In this document: positions 34,188 through 48,388 of the stretch, piece by piece | How the letters are laid out: every line of letters begins with the position of its first letter | How positions within the stretch are numbered: position 1 is the stretch's first letter | Assembly (NCBI RefSeq): GCF_000400465.1 | Contig: NW_008806277.1 | Span: 20,001-144,000 of the forward strand | Source of the DNA: Wallemia ichthyophaga EXF-994 | Taxonomy: Eukaryota > Fungi > Basidiomycota | DNA: 124,000 nt | Direction: 5' to 3' | The notes under the pieces: generated by a model | The model's database searches: none | What the model saw: the letters and a program-made list of their open reading frames with translations, nothing else | What the model was told of the DNA's origin: nothing | Made by a program: the position numbers and the translations under genes

Positions 34188-37100
34188 CTACACGAGTAGT
34201 TTGAGCAATGCGACTGTCTTCCAGTTGTCTTGGTCCGTTGGATCAATGTGCAGTGCACGTTGAGCATCTTTCAATGCCTCCTCTGCCATTCCTCCGTCAG
34301 CTTTAGCCAGAGCTTGCAAGGCGACATTGCTAGCGTTTAATCTGGTCGCAATGCTGTCGTCGGCCAATGCTACGTTCACACCCAGATCTTTCTTGTCGGT
34401 TGCTAGTAGCAGCTTGGAGAGGTCCCTCTTGAGGTCTTGAGCGTATGGCTCGAAGGATAACTGCTTAGTGAGCATTCTGATTGTTGAGAGTGTGTCTCCC
34501 TGTGTAAATGTTAGCGTAGCATCTCATTAATCATCTCACCTACGCTCATCAAAGTATTCTGAACGAGCAGCTTGTGCACACCCCTGTGCTTATCAATCTC
34601 GCTGCGCTTGTCAATGGGCATAGACAGGATTTCAGACAATGCAGCATCGAGCAGCCCACCGTCGTGTGTGAGTATACCTATAGCTGCGAGGGTGGAGATA
34701 GCAGGGAGATACTCGCTATCAATTTCCACACACTCCAATAACACAGACGTAGCCGAGTCTCTGTCGCCCTTACACCACAAGAGCTGCGCGAGAAGCACAC
34801 CAGCATCGACATGTTTAAACTCGTCGAAAGCATCTTTGATGGGTGTGTGCGACGAGTCGCTATAATACCCAGCCAGTCCCAAGCCAAGCATAGCTGACAG
34901 CTTCATATCTTTTTCCTCCTCTTCGACCAGACTAAGAGAGATATTGAATGCTTCTATTGCGCCACCATACTCTTCCAACGCGAGTCGGATCCTGCCTAGC
35001 GAAACATTTGCAAGGGCGTAATTCCTCTCAGTTTCAGCACTCTCGCTATCTTCATACGCAGCCTCGAGGAGCTCGACACAACGCTCTATCTGTGCTCGTG
35101 CTACGTCGTGCTGTCCTAGGCGCTCACTGACAAGGGCGTGCAGATGCAGTCCGGCGCAGTCATTCGGACTGTCCTCTGTGAACCTCTGCATCGCGTAGTT
35201 TTGACGATGCATTTCGGAGCTTTCCGCTGCCTTGTTGTGAGCAAATGCGAATCCAAAGTTGCTCTCAAGCTGTTTTTGGCATGGTTAGCTTGAGTTTAGT
35301 GAAAGAAAAGTACACTAGAATACGAACCTCTGAGCCGCCTGATATAGTAAACGAGTGCTCGTACAGCATCCTGGCATCCTCGTGTCGACCTTCCGATGTC
35401 GCGAGGATGGATAACCCAACCCATGCATACACATAGTCTGGATCAACTGTCTGGGATTTCTTGAGTGCATATCCAGCCAGCTCGGCATCCTTCTGTGCTA
35501 TATACAAGAAACCTAAGTTGGTCCAGTATGTGGGGTTACGTCCATCGATCTCAATGGCTTTGATGTACGAGTGCTGAGCAAGTCGCGCATCACTCTCGAA
35601 TACAAGATTGCCTAGCGCGTTCCAATAGTCATCATTGCCAGGCTCAGAGCGTAGAGCGTTCCTTACTGCCGCAATTGACAGCTTGGACGTATCCTTTTTA
35701 ACATCTGCCTCTGACTTCAATGAGCTTTGTTTAGAAAGCTCCTCAAGAACGATAGCGAGATCATACCACGATGACCCCACGCTATCTGGTCTGCCGAAAT
35801 CCAAAGTGATTGCAAATTCGCTGGTGAGTATTGCCACCATAACACAGGCTCTGTTGATTGAGCTTCGCGTGTTGATCGTGTTGCTGATCCTACCCAAGTC
35901 GATTATATCTTTGCTATGAAATTTCCCTAAGATATCTTCCTCCTTCACTACGCTAACTATAGTCTCGACAGCTTCACTGAGATCTGAACGCACATCCAAA
36001 GCGGCCAGCTTAGCCAATCCATAGAAAGCATCACTAAAAACCTTCCACGCTACCCTCAAATACTTCTCTTGGTGAACAAGAGTAAGGGCATGTTTAACTG
36101 ACTCAATGTAGCTCTCGACGGCTCGGCCTTTGAAGCCGCTCATTGTCTCATAACGTGCTTGTGAAATATATGATTGAGACAATGCAACCACAATCGCGAG
36201 GTTGTTTTTATCGTAGATAGACTTTAAAGTCTCAATAGCCGATGCGTGGAATCCCATCAAACGCAAGACGTCAGCAGTAGCATAAAGAGCTAGCCAGTTA
36301 TCTGCACTATTATCCAGTTCCCTACTCTTACCGAAAGTTTTTAGAGCAGCAGAATGACGTCCGGCAGCTGCATAGCTCTCACCAAGACGCAACCAGCTCG
36401 ACATATCGGCAGTATTTGCACGCAAAGCGATCTGGAATGCTTCAATAGCAGCACCATAGTTATTTCTGTTGAGTTCAACCACACCAATAGCTTTCCATGC
36501 CCAGGCGTTTCTACTGAGATATCTACCTTTAACCAATTCTTCGACTGTGCTACCTTCACCTTCGACGGTCCTCCTGGCTACAATTTCCACTAAATCCCAT
36601 TCCTTTTCATCTGCGAAACCATCAGCTAACCATCTCGCTGCTTCTGTTTCGCGGCTATCCAACTCGAATGCCTTTTGGAAACACTTGGACGCGCGTACGA
36701 CATCGATTGGTTGAGCTACCTGTAAATAGTATAGACCAAGGTACGTGAAAGATGGTGCATATTTGTTGACGTGTTTGATTGATTGTATGAAGAGTGAGTA
36801 GGAGCTCATCTTCTCCTGTCCACCTTGCTCCCAAAGACATTTGCCTAGCTTGAAATAGCATCTTGCTTGGTGGGTTGCGACGTTCTCCATATCATCTCTC
36901 TTAGAAAGCTCATCCAACACCTCCTCTAGCCCAGCTTTTCCGCTTGCGTAATCAGATTGCATCACATAGCACCAACTGTGCTCCTCTTTCGCAATAAGGT
37001 TGGCGGGATCGATGGTAATAATCCTTTGGAATACTTCCCTCGCTTGTTCCCACTTGCCGCCATACTCCATACAGGTTCCTTGAGCAGTTAGAATGTCAAC

Positions 37101-38608
37101 GTCTTGAGGGCGCAGGTTGAGAACGTTGTAGATATGCCCCATTGCTCTCATGTGATGCTTGGGAGGGAAATTATAAGTGAATGAGATTGCAAGTGTGCGT
37201 TCAAAAGCCAAATTGTGCAAGTCGTACGTTAGACTACTGTCTTTAGCGAGTACAGTACAAAGATCAAGACCTGCATCTGAGACAGCTGAAGCGTCTTCAA
37301 ATTGCTTCTCAGTCTCGTAAACAAAGCTGAGTACTCTATGAGTGAAGAGAGAGCTGTTGTTTGATTCAATACCATCAATAATTGCGTTGAGTGCCATGTC
37401 CTTTGGCATGATAGGCGTTGGATCATCTTCCAATCTGAAAGAAGGAAGATAAGCAAATAAGCCATTTATGACGCCGCAAAGAGGGTGATCTGGGAATAAT
37501 GCTTGGAAGCGTCTGAGCAGGATTGCATTGTATTCATTGAGATGTTCAACATTGCACCACTCAATTATTGTAGTCCACGCTAACAAATTGGGGACATTTA
37601 TTGTCACCATTCCTGTTGCCATAGTCATGACTTGGTGGATAAGTTGTTGCTTGAGATCTGCTTCCTTGAGGGATGTGGCTAAGAGATGGTCATGTTTGAA
37701 TTTGAAGAGGGCTGCTTCGATGTCACGCCTCAGTTCGTCGGATGTGAGTGGATGATTTAGTATTTCCAAGTAAAGGGGCTCTAACTTGCTGTCTTTTGAA
37801 GATTCAGATATCAAGTTCTTCTCAATAATATCCCTTTTTGGCGCGCCCAAGCGAGTTCTCCTTTTTTCCATCTCAGACCACCTCCACTGAGACATGTTTG
37901 AGAGGTGTATGTCCTTCAACTGAATAAGAATTGGCAATGAATCGTAAATAGCGCATTGTGATTCGTAAGTAGTGGTAAGGAGAGGCTGGGTATGATCTGG
38001 TGGTGGTAGAGTGGTCAACAAGTCGTAATATTTTGAGCCAGGCAAGTACCAATGGAGGCATTCTGTCAAATCGTCGATGTTGTTGAGTTGCTTGTGAAGC
38101 TGCAATAGCTTTTGAATAGTCTCAGCTAATTTCGTAGCGTCTGAGCTGTGGTAAGTGTGGGTGAGAGGACTGTCTTTTCTTTAGTGAAAATCAACGCACG
38201 CGTCGTGGAACAACTCAAGCAATTCAAACAGAGTCTTTATGAGTCTATTCCAGTTTTCACATTTCTCATAAAAGCTGGCCAAGCCCTTTGAGAAAGGGTT
38301 AGATTTTGTGGATGAGTGAGTGAATGGCTCACCCTCCAAGCGAGTAATTGAGTTGGATTTGATTCGATAGCTCTCCTATAAGCCTTTGATAGGAGTTGTG
38401 AGTATTATTCTGTTGATTCTACCTATATAACAACCTTCTCTGCACCGATTTCGTCACCCAAATTTAGCAGAGCTAAACCGTGGAAGACGTTGGCATTGTA
38501 ATTGAAAGGCTCAAATGTAAGAATTCCTTCTACCGATATCTTTGCCTTATCAAAGTCCTTAGCATCCAAAGACTCTTTTGCTGATTTCAATTTGGCCTTT
38601 GATGACAT
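34188..38608 (-). CDS. SKI3: Ski complex TPR protein Ski3 (multi-exon)
   Basis: MSSKAKLKSAKESLDAKDF, YNANVFHGLA, RASKCFQKAFELD, many TPR repeats. Confidence 0.92.
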
Positions 38609-38624
38609 AGCTTGAACAAGGACA

Positions 38625-39527
38625 ATGAGGCGGGCAATTGGTGCATTTGGTGCACTTGACAGGATGAGAACGCGCATCTGTAGAAGTCATAAATTTCACT
38701 CCACGGCTTCAACAGGTTCTTCAAACGGATCAGACGCATCAGATTCTTCAGACTCAACGTGGAAGACAATTTTCAGTACACTAGAGAACGATTCCACTTC
38801 ACTTGATAGGCAAGAAATACGCAATTTGAAGCCTAGTGATACACTCCCACCCCTTATCGGAAATCGCAGGCAGCTTTCAAACAAGAAGACTAACATAACT
38901 GCACAAGAATCTGAAATATTTGAAGATATTCTCAATCTTCTATTCCAGCATTCACCTAATCAACATCAATCGATCGATAAGCGCAAGTTGCCTAAGCGTC
39001 CACGACTCAAACAATCTGATACAGATCTTCTACTCGATAAGTCAAGGGAGGAGCTACTAAGCTGTAGTAACCCCGTTGAGCTATTTAATTGGTCAAAACT
39101 CAACGTTTTAGACGTCGATCCAACGAGTCCCACTCTCCCTTATCTCCTCACTGACCTCATGGTTGTCTTCAGGGATACTTACAATAACCCACATCTCTCC
39201 TTGTCCATATTTAAATACGTTAAGAACAGAGGCGTATACCATTATGTTCTCGGATGCACTACTCCCGCGTATAATGAACTTATAGCGACGAAATGGGCAT
39301 CATTTGCAGATATTAATGGTGTCAGGGATATTCTCGAAGAAATGCTTACGAATGGCGTGAAGCGTGATGCTCGTACAGAGCAATTAGTTGAAGATATACG
39401 CAATGACGTCATGAAGCAACATAACAACGATATCGACGAACAACTTGCAGCGACGCTTCTCAGGATGGAGTATACGTCGTCTAAACCTTTGAAACCTTCG
39501 GAGAAATCGTCTTCCCGGTACATGTAA
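38625..39527 (+). CDS. Mtf2-like mitochondrial RNA-binding/translation factor
   Basis: Presequence; FRDTYNNPHLSLSIF...YHYVLGCTTPAYNELI...W. Confidence 0.7.
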   Translation: MRRAIGAFGALDRMRTRICRSHKFHSTASTGSSNGSDASDSSDSTWKTIFSTLENDSTSLDRQEIRNLKPSDTLPPLIGNRRQLSNKKTNITAQESEIFEDILNLLFQHSPNQHQSIDKRKLPKRPRLKQSDTDLLLDKSREELLSCSNPVELFNWSKLNVLDVDPTSPTLPYLLTDLMVVFRDTYNNPHLSLSIFKYVKNRGVYHYVLGCTTPAYNELIATKWASFADINGVRDILEEMLTNGVKRDARTEQLVEDIRNDVMKQHNNDIDEQLAATLLRMEYTSSKPLKPSEKSSSRYM

Positions 39528-39606
39528 CATTATTGTAAGATTCATCACAAGACATTTGAGTCAAATGCACCTGTGTGAAATATTAGTGCTTTATCACACA
39601 ACAACC

Positions 39607-39975
39607 ATGTTCAAAGGAGCAAGATTAGTTAACTCATGCGCACTCAGATGCAGCACTCGTAGATACGTAATGACCCAAGACGGGGCAACTGCGAAAGCTG
39701 TGCAGTGGAAAGAGCGTGAACAGGCACTAGAGAAGGCTTACATTGCCACAAGAGATACTGAAAACCTCCTCAAGTTGAAAAACAGTCTTGAGAAGAGCAT
39801 CGAACACATCGACAGTCACTTAAACGCACCGCCCGAGAAGGTACAGAAATCAACTCTTACAAACTCACTAGAGAGTGAGCAAGACCGCACAGCTCAGATT
39901 GATTCACTTGAGAAAGAGCTCGAACTCATTTCCAAGCGCTTGGCTTCGTTGGAAGCGGGCTCAAGACATATTTGA
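39607..39975 (+). CDS. Mitochondrial F1-ATPase inhibitor IF1/Inh1-like
   Basis: Presequence then WKEREQALEKAYIATRDTENLLKLK coiled coil. Confidence 0.7.
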   Translation: MFKGARLVNSCALRCSTRRYVMTQDGATAKAVQWKEREQALEKAYIATRDTENLLKLKNSLEKSIEHIDSHLNAPPEKVQKSTLTNSLESEQDRTAQIDSLEKELELISKRLASLEAGSRHI

Positions 39976-40016
39976 GTTTTTGACTGCTATCACGAATAAA
40001 TAAACCGATACAAACA

Positions 40017-43000
40017 TCACGGCCTCATTTTGTTACTATCATACGCATTGAATATTTTCTCTACCATGGTCTTGCTTGATGAGTTACTGTCTAATCTTGA
40101 AAGAGTCAGTTGAAGCATCAGTTTGAGCGCGCTCCTTGGTAATTCCTTGCAAGCATCTATCTGATTAAACATAGCCATCACCGTACCTCGATCTGGATAA
40201 TTGTGTGCTGATAAATAGACACCGGCTTCCCATTCAGGTCTTTTCCCAATAAGGACATCCCTAAGCACATGCTCTTCCACGCCACCTTTGCAAAGTGTTC
40301 GGATAGCGTAAGTTATCATTGAGCTTTGCAGCAGTGGTGCGAGATAACCTAGCACACTCCTTAATGTGCCTCTATATGCGGCCTGCAGGTAATTGAGCTC
40401 GCGAGCACTCAGAACAAGCTCTGTCGAGTTAGACCGAGAGTATGTCTTTTTATGTGCAAGATTGCATAAGCGGTTCAAGGTCAAATGATACCAAACACTG
40501 ACAGGCTTGTCATTAGACAGCGCATCCAACAGCACAGCATCGATGAAATTGCAGCTGCCTCCAGACCTAGCGAAGCTTGCTAGAGACGACAAACTGCCAC
40601 TCAGCTCCAGACTATTACCGACTTCTTCGTAGTTTTCGGAACGTAGCAGCCCCTGGTCGGGTGTGAGATCCGTCCTCAGGTTGGCTACAAGGTCAAGTCC
40701 AGCCTTATTTCTGCTAGCGGTAGACTTCAGATTGCGAGGATCAGCTGCGTAGCTCAAATATCCTGCTTTCTTCTTAACGTAGAAAGTCTGTGATGTCTTG
40801 AGATTCTTCAGACTGTTCTCATCGTTGAAATCAATAACAAGCGGCCAATATCTGGGCGAATCAATCTTCAGGCTGAGCAGTCTAGAATATTTGGGCACGA
40901 GCGTTGGCGCTATCATCCTCATGCTTTTCGGCATCTTGTCCAATTCGTCGACAGCCTTGATCTTAATGGGAACATAGACAGCCTCATTAGTCTTGACATC
41001 GCGCGGAATAAAGCATCGTTTCTGTACAGCCTTCACCCACAAATGTCTGTATGCGAATGAATGGTTTGACTGATCGGCTGGCGTCATTGGCCATTTGGGG
41101 TACAGAGCGCACAAGAGGAATCCAACAGCTTCGTTTGAGTTAGTGAGCGTGTACTCTCCGCCTCCTAGAAATAGTAATCCAAGTGCCATATGCGTCGCCA
41201 TCTGTGAGCCGAAGTTTCTGCCACTTGATGCACCGAATTGACCGTGAGCTATGCGGAGACGCTTCAAGATTCCAAGTTCGCCAGTGCCAGCCATAACCGC
41301 CGCTAGTGCTACGGTTATTGTGTTCAGACCTGACCTGATTGCTGCTCGTTTCACTTTGCCCTCGTATGTGATAGCTGGAATGGGAGTCAAAGTGTCAGTC
41401 CATTAACCATCGCATTGTCACACAACCCACATTTAATCGATGCGGCTTGTGTGAAGAGATCCATATAGTAAAGTAGACACTCAAACGCATCGTCTTCGGC
41501 TGTACCCGCAAATTTGAGTCCTTGAGCAAGACATGCGCCGGCGACGATGTTGTAGTAGCCCAATTCGATACTATCATCCACAGACTCAAACCTATCCTTC
41601 TTTCTATCAAGAGCAGATCGTATGAACTGGGGTATTTGACTCTCAACCCACTCCTTCTTCCTGCCAATCGAATCCCACATGATGAGATTCTTGGCGAGAG
41701 TTCTAAATAGGAGGAAATCAGGTCTGATCCAATCTAATTCAGTGGAGTTGTGGGGTAGATCCATTAGAGACGCCACGTCGCTTCTCTCAGACTTTAGAAA
41801 CCACATTGCGAGTGCCAGTGTCGCGCCGGGACTGGTAAAGTTGGCGTCAAGGGCGTCAAACTCGATGCCCGACTTGTTGTGGCCGTGCTTATCGCCATGC
41901 ATATAGTGTCTCAGTTTTGTAATCATCTGCGTCTCTGATGGCGATGTCGCTTCTTTACCTTTCGCGAGCATGACTAATCCGAAGCCAAGAGCTGCCGATA
42001 ACGAGTAGCTTCCTCGCACGCTACCCTTTCCTTCGTTTGAAGGGACATCCACTCCACCGATCTCGCCAAGCAGAATCTCAGCCTGGCGTCTCTGCCGTGT
42101 ACCAAGGTGCGCAACACCCAAGCTGAACAGTCCTGCCGCCTGTGTGAGCCCCGAAAGATTGAATTCCAGTTGGTGAGTTGGTAGTATCGCGGGTACGTGT
42201 AGCGAGAAAGCCCCTATCAACCGTTCCGGCGGATCGCCTGCATAACTGATAGCAACACCAAGCATCGTCCCTATTGTCATAAATTCATTCTTGGGCTCGA
42301 GGAACTTCTGCACGTGCCCCAGCCACATACTGCGCAAATGGCCATTCATTCCTAGCCCCAGCATCAGACCAGAGTGACGCGCTGACATGACATTCTTGCT
42401 CGGTTTATTTAGCATGATCCAGCTCTCGTCCACTGTGAGCTGCTCATTCAGCTTCAAAGCTGAGGCGACACCATTTGAAAACTCCCCCCATTCTTTGAAT
42501 TCAGTCATGATTGCTGTGGATTCGATGTTGTACGTCGTGTTAGTCGGTATCATGCGCACACGATAGTCAAAATCCGGTATCTGTAGTGGACCTGCTGGAA
42601 CACTCTGACTTGTTCCGTAAGTCAGCATACCACGTCCATATGGCAGACTTAATGTGCGTTCTGGCATCTCGTTCGTAACATTTTCCTGCTCTTTCAAAAA
42701 GTCTGGTTCACTGTATTCTAGTTAGAGGGAGTTTTACCAAACAAGAAGCAAACCCACAGCAGTCCACTGGTGTTGAGAAAGCGCATGTTTGTCAACTCGC
42801 TGCCATCCAACATCTTTGCTACCTCTTTCAAGCGATGATCCTGTGAGAATCTCAACTTTGGTATTTCCATATTATCAAATTCGACACCGGAGCAATTCTT
42901 GTTTGAAGCATTACTTTCATCTTCCTTTTTAGTTTTAACTATATTCTTGATGGTCTCCATAGACGGTAAATCGCGCACATCATCACTCTTACCCTGCCGC

Positions 43001-45441
43001 TCTTTGGCATTAGCATTTGCGACAAGGTCCTCTCTCCCTATGAGCTGGTACGCTTCTGCTGACCATCGCAGTTTCGGTCTCATCTGGCATACACGCAGGA
43101 CCTCCTGCAAAATTACTGAGAGTTGTAGCGGTAGAGTTCTGATTTTTTCATTCGTGAAGCCATTACGTATCAACTCATCCACCGTGCCTTCGAGATTGTT
43201 GTCTCCTATCAACGTAAATACTTTTTGTAATGCTACTGTCGACTGTAGTTGCTGAGGCGGTATGACAGGATAAGAAGACGAGTTTCTATCCATCCTGCAC
43301 TGCAGATCTTTGTAGATACTCGGAGGCGGCTGGATATCAATTTCAACAGACGCATGGCTTCCACAGTCAAAAGGCAGAGGGGTATATTCCCCAGCCCATC
43401 GCTGCCACCAGCCTACATAGTCTTCGCGACGTGCAGCCTTACTCAGCCATCCTAGAATCGGAGCGAGATTAGCGAGATTCTCAAACCTCGTCGTGGTATC
43501 CAATAGCACATCTTCTGCAACAAGATGCAGAGCGAGCAAGACGTGATGAAGCGCTTGCGAATGCGGCTTCAAATCAGAAGCAGATTTGTGTTGCTCTTTC
43601 TTCATTGACTCAGGAGGAACTGCGAATATATTCGAGCTTCTCAGAGCGCGTTGATGGGCTTTAGTGTTGGTCAACCTATTCCAGCCATTGCTCATTGCTG
43701 CAGTGGGTGTTTCAAGGTGCTCGCATCGTATAAAATCAGCTAGTGTACTGATTAAAGCTTCAAGACCCTTATTTTGTGGTGTGAAGTGCTTAAACATTTT
43801 CCTTGCAAAGTCCGCTTTTTCTTCGTTGGTGCAGAGAGATGAAATGAGACTGGTGCACGATTTAACAACAGGTTCAATCGGCCACTGACCCAAGTTGAAA
43901 CGTCGAACTTTGGAAGTGGTAGTTTCGATTGTGAGACAGCTGCCATTGACATCCTTGAATGCTCTCGGTAGATCTCGTGAATCTTGAAACAAGCATGGAA
44001 ATAGTATAGACTTGGGTGATTTGTGTATGAGAATATGAAGTTGTTTGGCATTATCGAGAATAACCAGCTCATCGGTATGCTCCTGGGTACATCTAATGCT
44101 AGTCACCGCAGTAGCTACGGGGAATCCAGTATCCTTTTCTTCAATATGCAGCTGACTGGTTATGGGAAGGATGGGGTCTCGGCTCACTTTGATGACTATC
44201 AATTGCGATGACAGGCCAGAGAAATGGATGGCGAGAGAAATTTCGCTTTCAGACTGATCGAATGCGTGAGCGGAGGGAGTGCTGTAACGTCCAAATTAAA
44301 GATATTTCAAAAAGCATTAAAGCACGCACCTCGAATCTATATCAGCTGCTTTGCATTCCCAAAGCAAATCGATAAAAACGTCAGACTCGCTGGAAAGCGT
44401 CTGAGTCTCATCGGGTTTCGAGCCTGGTGGAGCTCTGTTGGAAGCAGATTCGCCAGCGAGAATCATTCTATCCATGGTGAGACTGATATCGCTATTATCG
44501 AACGTATTCTCGAGAGTAGTGTTGACCTTAGACTTGATACTGCTCCTACGACGATTCGGCTGCGGTCTCGGTGTTGAAGATCTCTTTAAGTTTGAAGACA
44601 CAATTGGAGCATTCGGGAGGGAGGAAGGTGCGGCATAATCAGGGGAGGGAGGATTGGTTTTGATGGGATGTTTGAGTCTGGTATAACGAAAAACACTGAG
44701 TGTCTTTGATTGTGAGTCAAACGAGATGAGAAATGGCCAATTGTGTTTTGTGGATTGGTTGTGTGGTTGCATGGGAGTGATGAGGACGATGCGAGATTTT
44801 GGACGCGGGGTGAAATCGAAAGGCCTGATAGGATTTCTGTAAGCGTCATAGCCTTTGCAGCCACCAATTGGTCTCCAAGGGTGCCAAATACCAGATAAAA
44901 CAGCCCAAGAGGACACCTTTTCACCGGCTCTGCGAGCGTCACTGCGTTCTACGAGCCAACCAAGGCCAAGGTCCCAGCTTCTGTAGAGGTTGAAAGGGAG
45001 TGGAAGAGAGTAATCAAGACCAGGATCGAGGAAGAACAAGCGTGCGAGATTAGCAGTGGAACTGATTGCCAAATCGAGGTCATTCTCGTTTGTGTTTGAG
45101 GTGAGGGTGGAGTGTAAAAACACTATGAGGCACTCTCTAGGCTTATCGTCTGCGCTGTTGAGATGGAGTTGTCCAAAAGACGCGTGTGAGATGTTGAGAT
45201 GATCGCTGTCGAATTTGAGAATGCGCTGGATATGCGAGTGGCTGCTAACAACGAGATGAGAATTCTGCCACGTGAGCTCGCGTTGGCCATGTAGAGATCT
45301 ATGCAATGGCAGTGGCAGCGGGGGCTGGTAGAGCTTAAATAGGCCAGGCTCAATGGAAGGAGGTGGTGGAGGATACGACGGGGATTTATTTATCTTATTA
45401 AGGTAGATGGTCGCAGGTGAATTGAGATTTATAATTTCCAT
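40017..45441 (-). CDS. APC1: Anaphase-promoting complex subunit 1 (multi-exon)
   Basis: PC repeats (SLPYGRGMLT, HSGLMLGLGMNGHL, PGATLALAMWF, QMATHMALGLLFLGGG). Confidence 0.93.
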
Positions 45442-45681
45442 CTCATCGGCGTTTGATTTTGAGATTTGAGATAAGAAACTCAGGTTAGATTAGAACGATC
45501 AAATTCGATTTAGAATAAAAATGAAATTAGGGGATTCACTCGTCAGCTAGCCTCCGCTGGAATCATCTAACTTACTGAGCCACTGGCCATTGACCATCTC
45601 AGCAATTCTAACGCCTCAAACTTGCACGTAGATTCAGTCTAAAGAACGGCTCGGACAGCCACATAGTCTGTTGGAGAATCC

Positions 45682-46710
45682 TTGATAGATCTCACGCTCT
45701 TCTTGCTTATCTCTTCGATAATGTCGACATCTCAAACGCCTTATGCGCAAATTTTCTCTTCTTCGTGGCCCTCCAAACAGTCTCAGATGACTCAGGCGTT
45801 CCAAGAGAATGACATTTACATATTTGCACAACTTGCACTCAAATTTATACTCAAATGGCTGGAATTTTTTTTTATAGCGCGATGTACATTTGAATGGTAG
45901 AATTGTTCTCTGATTTTATAAGATTATCGACGAATTTCTCATATCAACGATAGATTTCGTCCAATCATCTCAAATGCTGTTAGACGTTCAGGTCAAAATT
46001 TTGCAAGACATCTCGATTGGGACACTTCTGAGCTGAGTTGTTGGACTGGTTTCTGTCAAGAAGTTGCTGGTATTCATGGTGAGACTTTGTCTAATATATT
46101 AGTACTGGGTGAGTTGGAACCTTCCCGTTTGAGCGAGCTATCTGGATTATTTCAATCACTGGCTATACTCCTATTCAAAGTACACTCAATCACTCAATTC
46201 TACCAAAACCGTCTCCAAAACGTTGTCAAATGGCCACTGAAACTTTCGAGGCAACACAGAATGAAGAATTGGAGAGACCTTGCTGTTTTGTCCAACACAG
46301 ATTCGCCGTTGCGGGTTGTGTCTGAAATCATACTCGATAATCTTCGACATGTTGCCGATGTCGTTATATATCTTGCTGTACAGACCAACAGGAGCGTAAT
46401 CCATCTAATTGGATATAGTGTTTTTACGGCGCTGATACACGTCGAACTGAGTTTCATGAACATTAACGTCTTTACTAATGATGAAGTGGTTTTTCCAGTT
46501 CAACACAAATGGTGGTGGGTGAGTGGGTTTTTTGTTTCCAGTCTAAGTTTCTTCAAGGTTCTCAAAACAACTACAAATACAGCAGATATTAGCAGAATGA
46601 TTACTGAGATCATGTTGAAAATATCCAACAAAAGCACTCCTTCTAGAGTAACACATAGCTCGATAAAACCCATCATCTCTGCAATCGAAGCGAGAAGTTC
46701 AGCTCAATAA
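45682..46710 (+). CDS. Hypothetical protein (multi-exon, orphan)
   Basis: Open frame from about 45930 to 46710 plus an upstream exon; no recognised motif. Confidence 0.4.
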
Positions 46711-46785
46711 GAACACAAAGTGCAGATACCACATTCAATGTATCCAATGTATCTAAAAGATACCATAAAATTTCAAAATATCTAT

Positions 46786-48293
46786 TCAGTTTCCTTGTCT
46801 TGGTTTTACACCAGGAACTGGAACCAGACGACTTTTATCCTTCCTAGCCGTCTTCTTGCGTTTAAGCTGTCTAGAAATCAAAGAGCTGCAGTAGAAAGAC
46901 ACTGGAGCTATGAGATTGTATGAGATAGCAGCTTGTAGTGGGACTTTGAGAGATAATTCGGCTGTCTCACTTTGAGGATTGCAAATTAGACCACCGAGTA
47001 GAATAAGGAGCATAGCCATACTTGCAAACACCATATGCATCAAAAAGATGGCAAAATTAGGCGCGTCAAACTTATCCAACAGAAACATCAAGCCGAATAC
47101 TGGGATGATGAAGAAAATGCCATATTGGATTAACTGTGAGAAAAATGAGCATTTGAGGCTAAATATGATGTAAACTTACATATCCAGCTACTACAAATTT
47201 CTGACCTATCCGCAGATCTCTGAAAGACAAGGCTAATAAAGAAAACAGATGCTCAAAATCAACACCCATAGCAACGGTGTACTGGGTAAGTGTGAAGATT
47301 TGCAGTGCCACAAAGACATCATTCCATCCTATCTTTTCCGGGTTTCCAGTAGGTCGGAGCAATAAAGCCACAGATGCAAACATCATTGAGCAGTAGATGG
47401 CTTGCGTTACATTGCCTTCCAATGTCATACAGCACATGATGGGATGTACAAACTCTACTGATTTGAAGAATTCGCGTCCGTGTTGTTCATTATACCATCT
47501 TCTACTGACTGAGATGACTGTTAATGATACGGTAATACTGTGAGAGTGAGAATAATAACAATCAAGTAGCGCTTACTCACGCAAATATCGTACTTTTGCT
47601 CCACGTATTTGGGATTAGTGGTAGAAGAGTACACATGGCGTAGCTCTGCAGCCACTCATCAGGTTCATAAGAAGACGACTTGATCACGTTGTATCCCAGC
47701 AAGAAAATGACAAGTGACCAAAGCCTTTGATCGTAGTAAGTGAGCTGCAGTGGTGTGAGTGAGTGAGTGAAGTTAGTGTACTAGACACGCACTACGATTG
47801 TGAGCAGAGAGAGAATAGAGATTATGACATTAGTGAGCTGCTGTCTGATAGAGCCTGTGTGATTTGTGCGATTGAATAGTGCAATACAACTATCCAAGTA
47901 AGTAGTCGCAGCTGAGTAGATGAAGGTGTTTATCACTAAGCCAACCTGACTTTCAAATGGGGCGTCTTGGATACTTAGAGCCAGGCAGCCAAATCCAGCG
48001 CAGAGTAAGATCGGGGCTCTAATGAGTGGTTTATAGAAATCAGCGTGCGCGTGCGCATGTGTGCTGTTGTCAAAGTTGGTATAATGCTTGAGTATGTGAA
48101 GTGAGAGCAGGAAAGAGAATCCAAAGAGAGCGGTAATGATAAGAATATCATTGAATAGTTTATTATATCTGAAATGGCGTCATTTGATGCCGAAGAGAGT
48201 GGTTGCGTCTACCAACATTTTCAAATCTTTTATAGCTCGAATCGTATCATCAATCGAAGGGATTTGGTTAAATACATATTTTGTATCGTCCAT
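46786..48293 (-). CDS. Hypothetical polytopic membrane protein (multi-exon)
   Basis: Several hydrophobic exons separated by GT-AG introns; 5' end uncertain. Confidence 0.45.
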
Positions 48294-48388
48294 TTGCTCA
48301 ATAATTCTACCTAAATTATATTCTTCCGGATTTCGGTTGTAAACTTGCGAGCAATCATCCAACAGCCAAACTCGGCAAATAAACGGCA

